Of a DNA stretch of 64,000 bases, positions 1 to 9,990 are shown in pieces. Each line of letters starts with the position of its first letter. The first letter of the stretch is position 1. The DNA is taken from positions 2,417 through 66,416 of the forward strand of contig JBEVNE010000342.1 of assembly GCA_040508275.1 (NCBI GenBank), given 5' to 3'. The translations under genes were made by a program, and so were the position numbers. The notes below the pieces were generated by a model that saw only the letters and a list, made by a program, of their open reading frames with translations, searched no databases and was not told the DNA's origin. Origin of the DNA: Duganella sp. (GTDB lineage Bacteria > Pseudomonadota > Gammaproteobacteria > Burkholderiales > Burkholderiaceae_D).

Positions 1-1436
1 GGACACAGCGGGAAGCGGATCAGTGGCAGGCGCACGGTGTGAATGATCGGCGGGCAGCCGCCGCCGGTGGCAAATACTGCCGTGCTGGCCAACTGTTGCT
101 GGCTTTCCATCACCTTTTCCAGGCGTGGACCGTAGTGTTGTATCAGTGAATCGCCGATAAACACGGTCATGCCGCTTTGCTTACCAGCTAATTGTTGAAA
201 CACAATGTTGTTATGGCGCAAGGGCTTGAATTCAGTGCCCGGAAAGTCGAAGTCATTCAGCGCCGTGAGGTAAACATCGCTGCCATGCACGTCTATGCGT
301 TCGCGCAACATGCCCTGGTTGATGCCGAGCCCCAGCACTGCCATGACAGCCATGCCCGCAGTCAGCCCGCCCACCAGCCGACGCCGGTCTTTGGCCAGCC
401 GCACCGGGGTTTCGATATAGCGATAGGTCAGATAGGCCAAAGCCACGGCGGCGGCCATCAACGCCACTTTGACCTGATAGCTTGGTTTTTCGCCATAAAT
501 TACAAATGTAAATGCCAGCAAAGGCCAGTGCCACAGATAGAGCGGATAACTGATCAGGCCGATGCGGGTGGCCAGCGTGTTGCCCAGCAGGTGGCGGTTG
601 ATGGCGGTGGCGGGGCCTGCCATGATCAGCAGGAAGGTGGCGGATACCGGCAGCAACGCCCACCAGCCGGGAAATTGTGCCTGCGGCTTGATCAGTGCAA
701 AACCGGCCACCATGAGTACCACGCCCGCAATTGCCGCAAGCCGTTGTTGTGATGCTGTCCAGGCCGGCTTGTGAAGCGTCAGGTAGGCGGCCACGCCGCC
801 GCTCATGAGTTCCCAGAAGCGCGACAGAGGCGAATAGAAGGCGGCAGTGGGATTGCTGTCGACGGTGATCAGGTTGATGGTCATCGAGATACAGAATATT
901 ACCCCGGTGACCAGCAGGAACGGCAGGCGGCGCGTGAACACCAGCCACAGAATCAATGGCCAGGCGATATAAAACTGTTCTTCCACGCCAAGTGACCAAA
1001 GGTGTAACAACGGTTTGGTATGTGCGGCGTTATCGAAATAACCGGATTCGAACCACAGCACCAGGTTGGAGACGAAGCCGCCGCCAGCGAGGATATGCTT
1101 GCCTACCTGCTGGAATTCGCCATGCAGCAGGATGTACCAGGCAAACAGCAGGGTTGCCGCCAACACCACCAGAAGGGCAGGGAAGATGCGCCGCACGCGG
1201 CGTGAATAAAAATCGAGCAGGCTGAAGCGTCCTGCCTCGAGCTGCTTGAGCAGAATGGTGCTGATCAGGTAGCCGGAGATGACGAAGAAGATGTCGACGC
1301 CGATGAAGCCCCCAACGAACCACAGGGGCCAACAATGGTACAGCACGACGGCAATGACGGCGACAGCGCGTAACCCATCAATATCGGGCCGATACGGCAG
1401 GGCATGCGCAGCCGGCGCGGTGGATGCGGTATTCAG
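1..1436 (-). CDS. Acyltransferase-3 (OafA/YrhL-like) O-acyltransferase with C-terminal SGNH domain; 3' end lies outside the window
   Basis: Manual translation of the minus strand gives YRPDIDGLRAVAVIAVVLYH...GGFIGVDIFFVISGYLI...FYSRRVRRIFPAL and, near the left edge, FIGDSLIQHYGPRL (GDS motif). Absent from the ORF track, consistent with no stop in the window. Start uncertain: CTG at 1436 after AGGAGGT, or TTG at 1475. Confidence 0.88.
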   Translation of the reverse strand, partial: MNTASTAPAAHALPYRPDIDGLRAVAVIAVVLYHCWPLWFVGGFIGVDIFFVISGYLISTILLKQLEAGRFSLLDFYSRRVRRIFPALLVVLAATLLFAWYILLHGEFQQVGKHILAGGGFVSNLVLWFESGYFDNAAHTKPLLHLWSLGVEEQFYIAWPLILWLVFTRRLPFLLVTGVIFCISMTINLITVDSNPTAAFYSPLSRFWELMSGGVAAYLTLHKPAWTASQQRLAAIAGVVLMVAGFALIKPQAQFPGWWALLPVSATFLLIMAGPATAINRHLLGNTLATRIGLISYPLYLWHWPLLAFTFVIYGEKPSYQVKVALMAAAVALAYLTYRYIETPVRLAKDRRRLVGGLTAGMAVMAVLGLGINQGMLRERIDVHGSDVYLTALNDFDFPGTEFKPLRHNNIVFQQLAGKQSGMTVFIGDSLIQHYGPRLEKVMESQQQLASTAVFATGGGCPPIIHTVRLPLIRFPLC

Positions 1437-1745
1437 AATGACCTCCTGGATGAAAGCTAGTTTGGATGATGGCAACGCGGCTACACGTACGTGCGTGTTC
1501 CGCTATATTGTGATCTGATAGGGTCGCTTTAAGATGCGTCAGCGAACAGCAGAATTGTTATAATTATCTCAGTTCTTGTGACATGATGACAATCAAAATA
1601 TTTATTGCAGAGGGTCGTGTCGCAGTGCAGCAAAAATTTGCAAAAAGTACAGTGTGCGACAGTGTCTTCGGATACAATGCCAGCGATTACACGCGCCCTA
1701 AGCATGGCTGTGCAATGCCACATATTGGAGAGGAAGGTATTGGAT

Positions 1746-2318
1746 ATGGATCAGGATTGGGCGGCGGATTTGCGACGCTACAACATGCGCAGACCGTTCC
1801 TGAAGGAACAATCTATCTGGGCAGTATGGTGCTATCGACGTGGACGCCGCCTGGACGCCATGGCACCCGGCTGGCGCCGACGTCTTGCCACGCCGTTGTA
1901 TTGGCTCGCGTACAGGCTGATTGAAACTGCCGTCACCATCACCTTGCCCAAGAGCGCGCGCATCGGGCCTGGTTTGCGCATTTGGCATTTTGGTAATATT
2001 TTCGTTCACGCGGATGCCGTGATTGGCGCTAACTGCACCCTGCGTCACGGCGTCACCATTGGTACCCGTGTGGAAAACGGCGCGGTCCCGGTGCTGGGCG
2101 ACGATGTCGATGTCGGTGCGTACGCGCAAATCCTCGGAGGCGTGCGCATTGGTCACAATGCCCGCATTGGCGCCATGTCCGTGGTACTGCAGGACGTGCC
2201 GGACGGCGCCACTGCAGTGGGGGCGCCGGCTCGTATCATTGCGGCGCCGGTGGCGGCTTCTGTGGCGGGAGCGCTCGCTGCCGCGTCGGCAACACCGTCC
2301 GCGCAGGCGGCTGCATGA
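1746..2318 (+). CDS. Serine O-acetyltransferase-like hexapeptide-repeat acetyltransferase (EPS acetylation, WcaB/CysE-like)
   Basis: ARIGPGLRIWHFGNIFVHADAVIGANCTLRHGVTIG...VLGDDVDVGAYAQILGGVRIGHNARIGAMSVVLQDVP left-handed beta-helix repeats; ATG at 1746 after GGAAGG. Confidence 0.85.
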   Translation: MDQDWAADLRRYNMRRPFLKEQSIWAVWCYRRGRRLDAMAPGWRRRLATPLYWLAYRLIETAVTITLPKSARIGPGLRIWHFGNIFVHADAVIGANCTLRHGVTIGTRVENGAVPVLGDDVDVGAYAQILGGVRIGHNARIGAMSVVLQDVPDGATAVGAPARIIAAPVAASVAGALAAASATPSAQAAA

Positions 2319-3502
2319 GCGCGCTGCTAAGTACTATTCTGATTCTCCTGTTGCTGGTGTTGGTGGTGCCCGTCGGTGTGCTGTTGCTACAGGCGCTGAT
2401 GGCATTCAGCCGGGGCCGTCCTGCGGCCATGCCCGTCGCTGCGCGCCCGCGGCTGGCGATTCTGGTGCCTGCCCATAATGAGTCCAGTGGGATTACGGCG
2501 ACACTCGACAGCCTGCGCTCCCAACTGGCGCCAGGCGACCGCGTGTTGGTGGTGGCTGACAATTGTAGCGACGATACTGCAGTCGTGGCCGCGCGCGGCG
2601 GGGCAGAAGTGCGCGAGCGCTTTCACGCAACCGAACGTGGCAAGGGCTTTGCACTCGATTTTGGCGTGCGCTGCCTGGCTGAGGACCCACCCGAAGTGGT
2701 GATCATTGTCGATGCCGACTGCATCGTGGCGCCTGGTGCGCTGGAGCGCCTGGCGCGTGAGGCGCGCCAGCACGGCCTGCCGGTGCAGGCGCTGTACCTG
2801 ATGCACGCACCTGCCGGTGCTGGCCTGATGAAAAAAGTTGCCGAATTCGCCTGGCTGGTCAAGAACCAGGTGCGTCCGCTTGGCTACCATCGGCTGGGTC
2901 TGCCATGCCAGTTGATGGGCACCGGTATGGCGTTCGACTGGGCTACCCTCAGTACGGCTTCGCTGGCCAACGGCCACATTGTCGAAGACATGAAGTTAGG
3001 CATTGATCTGGCATTGTCTGGTAAGGCGCCGCGATTTTGCCCGGATGCCTTGGTCTGGAGCAGTTTCCCGTCCAGCGAGGCCGGTACCGAGTCGCAGCGC
3101 ACACGCTGGGAGCACGGCCACCTGAGCATGATTCTGTCGGGCGTGCCGCCGCTGCTCGGTAAGGGAGTATTGAGCGGGCGGCCACAACTCATCGCCATGG
3201 CGCTCGACATGAGCATACCGCCGCTGGCCTTGCTGGCGATGATGGTCATGGTGGCTTTCGGCTTGGCCCTCCTGCTGGCGCTGGTGCTTGGCGCGCTGCT
3301 GCCGCTGGCCATCGCCACAGCGCTGTGCGCCGCCTTTGGTGTGGCGGTGCTGCTCGGCTGGTGGCGTTTTGGTCGCGCCACTTTAAGTGCAGGCAATCTG
3401 CTGATGGCGGTCTGGTACGTCGTGCGCAAGGTACCGCTGTATCTGAAATTTTTGGTTAATCGGCAAGTTGAATGGGTGAGGTCGAAACGTGATAGTGAAT
3501 AA
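2315..3502 (+). CDS. Glycosyltransferase family 2, membrane-anchored
   Basis: ILVPAHNE, VVADNCSDDT, VDAD, IVED, QRTRW motifs; N- and C-terminal TM helices; ATGA overlap with the upstream gene. Confidence 0.92.
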   Translation: MSALLSTILILLLLVLVVPVGVLLLQALMAFSRGRPAAMPVAARPRLAILVPAHNESSGITATLDSLRSQLAPGDRVLVVADNCSDDTAVVAARGGAEVRERFHATERGKGFALDFGVRCLAEDPPEVVIIVDADCIVAPGALERLAREARQHGLPVQALYLMHAPAGAGLMKKVAEFAWLVKNQVRPLGYHRLGLPCQLMGTGMAFDWATLSTASLANGHIVEDMKLGIDLALSGKAPRFCPDALVWSSFPSSEAGTESQRTRWEHGHLSMILSGVPPLLGKGVLSGRPQLIAMALDMSIPPLALLAMMVMVAFGLALLLALVLGALLPLAIATALCAAFGVAVLLGWWRFGRATLSAGNLLMAVWYVVRKVPLYLKFLVNRQVEWVRSKRDSE

Positions 3503-4682
3503 TGCCGCCATCGCCGATATGGACAGCGTACAGCAGGCGGAGCCGTCGCGCGGCATGCCGGTGCAGCGCACCGATTTTCAACGCGAGGTGTATTGCATCC
3601 TGGGCTTGCCGTTCGACGCGCTCACGCTGGTGCAGTCCGAACAGCGCGTGCTGGCTGCAGCTGCTGCCCGTCAACGCTGTTTCTTCTCCACCCCGAATCT
3701 GAATTTTCTGGTGGCCGCGCGCACCGATGCGCCATTTCGCGATTCCGTCCTGCGCTCCGACCTATCGCTTGCCGATGGCATGCCCATCATCTGGATCGCC
3801 CGTGCGCTGGGCGTTCCGCTGACCGAGCGTGTGGCTGGTTCGACCTTGTTCGAGCGTTTGCGCGAGCGTCGCCGAGATGGTTCGCCATTGCGCGTGTACC
3901 TGTTCGGCGGGCCGGACGGCGTTGCCGCCAAAGCTGCCGAACGCCTCAATGCCGAGCATGGCGCGATGCAGTGCGTGGGCGCGCACTCACCGGGTTTTGG
4001 CACGATCGCCCAATTGAGCCCACCGGAGCAGATCGCCGCCATCAATGCCAGCAACGCCGACTTCCTGCTGGTGGCACTTGGTGCCCAGCGCGGTCAGGCC
4101 TGGATTGAATATAACCTTGCAGCATTGAATACGCCGGTCGTCAGTCACTTGGGCGCAGTGGTCAATTTTATTGCCGGAAGTGTTAAGCGGGCGCCGCCCC
4201 GTTGGGGGGCGTTGGGTCTGGAGTGGCTGTGGCGTATCAAAGAGGAGCCTGCGCTGTGGCGGCGCTATTATCGCGATGGCGTTGCCTTGCTCGGACTAAT
4301 GGCTGGCAAGGTGTTGCCGGGCGTGTTTGCTGCACGTGCTGCGCGCAAGCGCATTGCACGCGCGCCGGCACCGGAAGTGGAACTGCAGCGCCAGGGCGAT
4401 CAGGTGCGCCTGGTGCTGCGCGGTGAATGGCATGCAGGCGCGTTGGCGCCGCTGCGCGCCGCCTGCGAGCAACTGGCCGCGCAGGGTGGTGATGTAGTGC
4501 TGGACATGGCGCAGGTCGATGGCCTGGACAGCGCCACGCTCGGCCTTTTGCTGGTGCTGCTGGGCCATCAATCGATTGCCGGTCACGGCCTGCGGATCGC
4601 GGCCATTTCGCCTGCTGCCCGCAAAGCGATCGGGCTAGGCTGTGCCGATTACCTGCTGCAACCGCTGGCGCGCGTGCATTGA
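3489..4682 (+). CDS. WecB/TagA/CpsF glycosyltransferase (GT26) fused to a C-terminal STAS domain
   Basis: TPN, DGMPI, ERVAGS, VALGAQRGQAW, RAP, GLEWLWR...EPALWRRY motifs; C-terminal LRGEW...VVLDMAQVDGLDSATLGLL is STAS-like. Alternative start ATG 3519. Confidence 0.9.
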   Translation: MIVNNAAIADMDSVQQAEPSRGMPVQRTDFQREVYCILGLPFDALTLVQSEQRVLAAAAARQRCFFSTPNLNFLVAARTDAPFRDSVLRSDLSLADGMPIIWIARALGVPLTERVAGSTLFERLRERRRDGSPLRVYLFGGPDGVAAKAAERLNAEHGAMQCVGAHSPGFGTIAQLSPPEQIAAINASNADFLLVALGAQRGQAWIEYNLAALNTPVVSHLGAVVNFIAGSVKRAPPRWGALGLEWLWRIKEEPALWRRYYRDGVALLGLMAGKVLPGVFAARAARKRIARAPAPEVELQRQGDQVRLVLRGEWHAGALAPLRAACEQLAAQGGDVVLDMAQVDGLDSATLGLLLVLLGHQSIAGHGLRIAAISPAARKAIGLGCADYLLQPLARVH

Positions 4683-4745
4683 TATCCGGGGTGAGGCGCG
4701 CCTTGGGCAAGCTCTCACTCACTATAACAAGCAAATGAGGTCATT

Positions 4746-5747
4746 ATGAAAATTCTCGTCACTGGTGGCGCAGGCTACATCGGTTCGCATACCTGTCTGG
4801 AACTGCTCGCCGCAGGGCATCAGGTGGTGATACTGGACGATCTGTCCAACGCCAATGCCAGTGTTATCACCCGCATCGAGCAGATCAGTGGTGCCCGCGT
4901 CACCTTCGTCGAAGCGGACATGCGCGACCGTGCTGTGTTGCGCGGCTTGTTTGCCGATCATGCAATCGACGCCGTGATGCATTTTGCCGGCCTGAAAGCG
5001 GTCGGTGAATCGGTGGCGCAGCCTTTGCGCTACTACGATGTCAATGTCTACGGCAGCATTGTGCTGTGTGAGGAGATGGCTGCGGCGGGTGTCAAGCGCC
5101 TGATCTTCAGTTCGTCCGCCACCGTGTATGGCGATCCGGACACCGTACCGATCAGCGAACAGTCTCCATTACGCGCCACCAATCCCTACGGCCGCTCCAA
5201 GCTGATGATTGAAGACATCTTGCGGGATCTGGTGCTGGCCGATCCGGCCTGGCAAGTGGCGCTACTGCGCTACTTCAATCCGGTCGGCGCCCACGAGAGT
5301 GGTCTGATCGGTGAAGACCCGCGCGGCATCCCCAATAATCTGCTGCCGTTTATCGCCCAGGTGGCAGAGGGCAGGCGTGAGCGCCTGTCGGTCTTCGGTA
5401 ACGATTACCCGACCGTGGATGGCACCGGCATGCGCGATTACATCCATGTGGTGGATTTGGCAGTCGGGCATGTGCGCGCACTCGAACGCCTGCCCAGCGA
5501 TGGCGGCATGCTTACCTGTAACCTGGGGACCGGCGCTGCTACCAGCGTGCTGGAAATGGTGGCGGCCTTCGAGCGCGCCAGCGGTCGCCCGATTCCTTAC
5601 ACCATCATGCCGCGCCGCCCGGGCGACATTGCCACCTGTTATGCCGCCACCGATCTGGCCGAGCGTGTACTGGGCTGGAAGGCCGAGCGCGGGATCGAGC
5701 AGATGTGCGCGGATGCATGGCGCTGGCAAGCGAGTTTCCTGCGTTGA
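4746..5747 (+). CDS. galE: UDP-glucose 4-epimerase
   Basis: GGAGYIGSH, HFAGLKAVGES, SSSATVYG, YGRSK, LRYFNPVGAH, RDYIHV motifs. Confidence 0.96.
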   Translation: MKILVTGGAGYIGSHTCLELLAAGHQVVILDDLSNANASVITRIEQISGARVTFVEADMRDRAVLRGLFADHAIDAVMHFAGLKAVGESVAQPLRYYDVNVYGSIVLCEEMAAAGVKRLIFSSSATVYGDPDTVPISEQSPLRATNPYGRSKLMIEDILRDLVLADPAWQVALLRYFNPVGAHESGLIGEDPRGIPNNLLPFIAQVAEGRRERLSVFGNDYPTVDGTGMRDYIHVVDLAVGHVRALERLPSDGGMLTCNLGTGAATSVLEMVAAFERASGRPIPYTIMPRRPGDIATCYAATDLAERVLGWKAERGIEQMCADAWRWQASFLR

Positions 5748-6706
5748 GCACGTCAAATCACGGGGAGAGCGGGAGTACCGTCCTGGTGACCGGTGCCAGC
5801 GGTTTTCTCGGCAGTGCAGTAGTTGAGGCGCTGGCTGCCGCTGGTCACCGTGTGCGTGCCGGCGTGCGCCGCTGGCCCGACCAGGGCGTTTGGCCGGATG
5901 GTGTGCGGCCGGTGCAGTGCGATGTCGAGCACGGCGATGGTCTGGCGACAGCCTGCGAAGGTGTGGACGCCGTGATCCACCTGGCGGCGGCCATGGGAGA
6001 CAGCGCCAGCGCCCAGCAGGCGGTGGCGGTTGATGGCACTGCACGCCTGATCGAGGCAATGGTCGGGCGCTGCTCGCGCCTGCTGTTGGCCAGCAGCTTT
6101 GCTGTCTATGACTGGAGCCGCGTCGGCGCAACCCTCGATGAGCAGGGGGCGCTGCTCGACGACCAGGCTTTGCATGGGCAGGATGCTTATACCTGCGCCA
6201 AACTCCGCCAGGAGCAGCTTGCACGCACCTTGTGCGCACAGCACGGCATCGGTCTGACCGTGCTGCGGCCGGCATTGATCTGGTCCGGTCAGCGTCGCGA
6301 CCTGTCTTGCGTGGGCCCCGGTAACCGCTGGCTGCGGGTGGTGGTGGCGCCGCGCCGGTCGTTGCGCCTGACCCACGTCGACAGTTGCGCCTCAGCGTTC
6401 GTCGCGGCGCTTGATTCGCGTGCCAGCGGGCAGACCTTGAACATCGACGATGCGACCGGTATCACCGCCTGGGACTATGCCGGCGCCAGCGGTGCACGGC
6501 TGCGCGTGCCGATACCGTTGTCCTTGGCTTGCGCTGTGGCAGCGCTGGCGGGCGCACTGCTCAAGCCGCTGGTGGGAGCAGACCGCCTGCCCGGGCTACT
6601 GGTGCCGCAGCGCCTGCAAGCGCGTTTCCACCGAGCGCGCGCCGGCCATGCAGCCTTGCAGCGCCTTGGCTGGCAGCCGCCCGCTATTGCTTCCCGTTTC
6701 CATTGA
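5744..6706 (+). CDS. NAD-dependent epimerase/dehydratase (extended SDR)
   Basis: VLVTGASGFLG, VIHLAA, ASSFAVY, YTCAK (YxxxK); TTG start overlapping the galE stop (TTGA). Confidence 0.85.
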   Translation: MSTSNHGESGSTVLVTGASGFLGSAVVEALAAAGHRVRAGVRRWPDQGVWPDGVRPVQCDVEHGDGLATACEGVDAVIHLAAAMGDSASAQQAVAVDGTARLIEAMVGRCSRLLLASSFAVYDWSRVGATLDEQGALLDDQALHGQDAYTCAKLRQEQLARTLCAQHGIGLTVLRPALIWSGQRRDLSCVGPGNRWLRVVVAPRRSLRLTHVDSCASAFVAALDSRASGQTLNIDDATGITAWDYAGASGARLRVPIPLSLACAVAALAGALLKPLVGADRLPGLLVPQRLQARFHRARAGHAALQRLGWQPPAIASRFH

Positions 6707-6718
6707 TCCGGTTTTTTT

Positions 6719-7957
6719 ATGCACATCGCTTATATCACCAGTATTTACGCGCGCGCCAGCGACACTTTTATCCGTAATGAAGTGCTGGCGCTACGCCAGC
6801 GCGGCCACACGGTCGACACGTTCTCGATTCGTAAAGCAGAAGCCGAGCAGGAGGTGGACGACGAAGTGGCGCGTGAGCAGGCCAGCACCGACTACATCCT
6901 GCGGCAGTCGCCGCTGACGCTGCTGAGCGCATTGCTGAAGGAAACTCTACGCGCCCCTGGCCGTATGCTCGCTACTGCGCGTCTGGCCTGGACTACCCGT
7001 GCGCTTGGCATGCGCGGCACGCTGCTGCAGGGCGTGTATTTGGTCGAGGCCGCCTACCTTGCGGGGCGCCTGCGTGCGCGCGGCGTGCAGGTATTACACA
7101 ATCACGTGGCGGAAAATTCGGCCAATGTGGCAATGCTGGCCTCTTGCCTGTCCGGCATCCCTTTCAGTATGACGGTGCACGGTCCCGGGATTTTTTATGA
7201 TCCGCGCAAGTGGGCGCTGGCAGAAAAGATCCGGCGCTCCGCCTTTACGGTCTGTATCACCCATTTCTGCAAAAGCCAGTGCATGGTGTTTGTACCGCCG
7301 GCTGATATCGCCAAGCTGCACGTCGTGCGCTGCAGCGTCGGTGCGCCGTTCCGCAATGTCGCGCCGCTGCCGATTCCCGACGTGCCGCGCTTCGTTTGTA
7401 TCGGCCGCCTGTGCCCCGAAAAAGGGATGCTGGTGTTGATCGAGGCGGTTGCCGCCCATGTCGCTGCCGGTGGCCGGTGCGAAGTCAACATCATCGGTGA
7501 TGGTCCATCACGACCGCTGATGGAGCAGATGATCGAAGTCCATGGCCTGCAGCAGTCGGTCCGTTTGCTCGGCTGGCAAGGCAGCACTGTGGTTCGCGGC
7601 GAGATCGAGCGCAGTCGCGCCTTGATACTTCCCAGCTTTGCCGAAGGATTGCCGATCGTGGTCCTTGAAACGCTGGCGTTGGGGCGGCCGGTGATTTCGT
7701 CGCGTATCAATGGTATTCCCGAACTGGTGGTCACCGGTCGCAATGGCTGGCTGACCACGCCAGCAGCGGTCGAGGAACTGGTGGCGGTGCTGGCGCAGGC
7801 CAGTACAGCAACGCCGGAGCAGCTGCAGGAAATGGGACGTATTGGCGCGCAAGATGTACACCGCCTGCATGGCCTGGAGACTGAAATCGACAAGCTTGAG
7901 GCGCTGCTGGCGGGCGCCGCCGGTACCGGCACTGTGACGCCGGGCCGGATCGCCTGA
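6719..7957 (+). CDS. Glycosyltransferase family 4 (WcaL-like)
   Basis: DTFIRNEV, FSMTVHG, IGRLCPEKG, LPSFAEGLPIVVLE (EX7E) motifs. Confidence 0.92.
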   Translation: MHIAYITSIYARASDTFIRNEVLALRQRGHTVDTFSIRKAEAEQEVDDEVAREQASTDYILRQSPLTLLSALLKETLRAPGRMLATARLAWTTRALGMRGTLLQGVYLVEAAYLAGRLRARGVQVLHNHVAENSANVAMLASCLSGIPFSMTVHGPGIFYDPRKWALAEKIRRSAFTVCITHFCKSQCMVFVPPADIAKLHVVRCSVGAPFRNVAPLPIPDVPRFVCIGRLCPEKGMLVLIEAVAAHVAAGGRCEVNIIGDGPSRPLMEQMIEVHGLQQSVRLLGWQGSTVVRGEIERSRALILPSFAEGLPIVVLETLALGRPVISSRINGIPELVVTGRNGWLTTPAAVEELVAVLAQASTATPEQLQEMGRIGAQDVHRLHGLETEIDKLEALLAGAAGTGTVTPGRIA

Positions 7958-7963
7958 GGTATT

Positions 7964-9610
7964 TCAAGCAGTGCGGCGGCTTGCCTTCAGGTGTGCCGCC
8001 AGCCGCACCGCCAGCGCCACGATGGTCAGGGTCGGATTGGCGTGGCTGCTGGTGGGCAGTACCGCCGAGCTGGCGATAAACAGATTGGGGACATCAAAAA
8101 CGGCGCAATTCGCGTCCACCACGCCCTCGCTTGCGGAACTGGCCATGCGGGCAGTGCCGATGTGATGGCCGCCCAGCGGCACCGAGGCGGCAATGCGCTC
8201 GCGCAGCGTGGCGTCGTCGAGATGTAGCCGCACGCCCGAGCATTGGTGCAGGGTGTCGCGCAGCAGCAAAAAGCCGCGATGGGTAGCGTCAATATCGTCT
8301 TCGCTGATACGCCAATCGACCTGGACCCGGCGCATGCCATGGCGGTCGCTCTGTTCCCCGAGCTGGATGCGGCTGTCGGCAAGGGGGGTCTGTTCGCAGT
8401 TGAACTCGAGCGGATAGCTGCCGTCGGCGTTGGGTACTAGCGTGTAGGGTAATTTACGCTGCGCCAGTTTGCGCAGGAACAGCCATTCGGCGCCAAAGTG
8501 CAGCAATTGCGGTGCGCCCTTGATGACGTTTTTCCAGTGTTGCAGCGCAGGCGAGCTGGTAGCCCCCTGCGCATTATGCTGCAGGATGGCGCGGTATTCC
8601 GGTATCAGGATCGACTTGGCCAGAAAAATCGTGGACATGACGGCGCTGCCGTGGGTGGCGTCGGAATATTCCGGGAAATGGAAACGGAATGCGGTATTGA
8701 GCAGCCGGTGCTGGCGCTGCGCCTGAGCGCTGAACTGCAGCTTGCGCCGACTGTAGACGCCATCGGCGGTTTTTTCGAACTTGAACGGTAGCTTGGTGTC
8801 GGCCGTGACTTTCCCGAGAATGTTCTCGAAGTGGCAAGCATAGTAACGGCCCACCAGATCGTGGCTGTTGCCGAAGCGCTGGCCATTGCGTTCGGCATGC
8901 AGTAGCAGGCGCGGCACCTCGATGCCACCGGTGGCCAGTACAAACTGTTCAGCGTGCACAGCCAGGCGGCGCCCACTGGCATCGGCCACGGTAATGGCGC
9001 TTACACGGTCGCTATCACCGCTGCGCAGCAGGTCGATGCAGCGGGCGTTGAGCACGACGGTGACATTGGCCGACTTTTCCAGCTGCTGGCGATAACGTTT
9101 GCCGAAATCGGTGGGCAGACTGTAACGCTCGATACGGTCTGCCAGCAATATATCGTTGTCACGCAGCGATGCAATGGTGGCAGGCGCGCCGGGCAGGGCA
9201 GTGTCGCTGCAGAAATCGGCGGCGCCAGCATCGCAATAAGCCATGGCGCGCGGATAATGCTGCGCGACTTCCTCGTAAGCGATCGGCCAGCCGCTGTTGG
9301 GGATATAGTCGCGGGCTTGGAAATCGATCGGATCATAGGGGACGCAGCGTCCACCCCAGATGCCGGTGGTACCGCCGAATGTGGCGCGACGGAACTGCGT
9401 GGTGTCCGGGTGTGGGGCGTTTGCCTGCCCGGCATAATCGTCGTCCAGCGCCGCGTTGACAGCCAGGCCACCCGATTCGAGCAGCAAGACAGGAATACCT
9501 GTTCCGTCAAGCTCGCATGCCAGGGTGATGCCGGCGGCACCAGCGCCGACGATGCAAATAGCCGCTTCCAGACCGCGGTGGGCGTCAATGTCGGTGGACG
9601 AAATAATCAT
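7964..9610 (-). CDS. GMC-family FAD oxidoreductase
   Basis: IVGAGAAG FAD motif, FGGTTGIWGG, LATGGIEVPRLLL, HHIGTARM, SSHANPTLT C-terminal GMC motifs. Confidence 0.9.
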   Translation of the reverse strand: MIISSTDIDAHRGLEAAICIVGAGAAGITLACELDGTGIPVLLLESGGLAVNAALDDDYAGQANAPHPDTTQFRRATFGGTTGIWGGRCVPYDPIDFQARDYIPNSGWPIAYEEVAQHYPRAMAYCDAGAADFCSDTALPGAPATIASLRDNDILLADRIERYSLPTDFGKRYRQQLEKSANVTVVLNARCIDLLRSGDSDRVSAITVADASGRRLAVHAEQFVLATGGIEVPRLLLHAERNGQRFGNSHDLVGRYYACHFENILGKVTADTKLPFKFEKTADGVYSRRKLQFSAQAQRQHRLLNTAFRFHFPEYSDATHGSAVMSTIFLAKSILIPEYRAILQHNAQGATSSPALQHWKNVIKGAPQLLHFGAEWLFLRKLAQRKLPYTLVPNADGSYPLEFNCEQTPLADSRIQLGEQSDRHGMRRVQVDWRISEDDIDATHRGFLLLRDTLHQCSGVRLHLDDATLRERIAASVPLGGHHIGTARMASSASEGVVDANCAVFDVPNLFIASSAVLPTSSHANPTLTIVALAVRLAAHLKASRRTA

Positions 9611-9990
9611 GCTGCGGCCTTTGCTGCTGTCATTGCGATGGTCCTTGAAATTTGCGCCATTGAATGGCTAATTTGCATAATCATAACAGCTGAACGCTGG
9701 ATCGTGGCGACGGTTGAACGCGCTGCGCTGCAATATACCCAGGCCCCTGGCGGCCGCATTGTCCGCGCCATAGTGCTCCAGAGCCTTTGTCGGTGCTAAA
9801 CATCAATTCTGCAGAACACAGGTACTCACGAAATTTATGCGATGATAGGGGAGTTATTGCTAAGAAAATATCTTTATGCGAGGGTTTGCTGGTATAGTTG
9901 CATTGTGATTATGCTACTTTTGCTGGGCAGCTCCGCGATCTTGTGCAATGCGGCATTTTTACTAACGAACTTACCTAATGAGGATATGCG

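Noticed and set aside
192-1335. ORF-track calls 192-752(+), 253-999(-) and 1030-1335(-)
   Set aside because: Wrong frames; the real gene is the acyltransferase frame that runs off the left edge.
1575-1592. Pho box upstream of the EPS genes (minus-strand TTGTCATCATGTCAC)
   Set aside because: Half-sites are 8 bp apart rather than 11.
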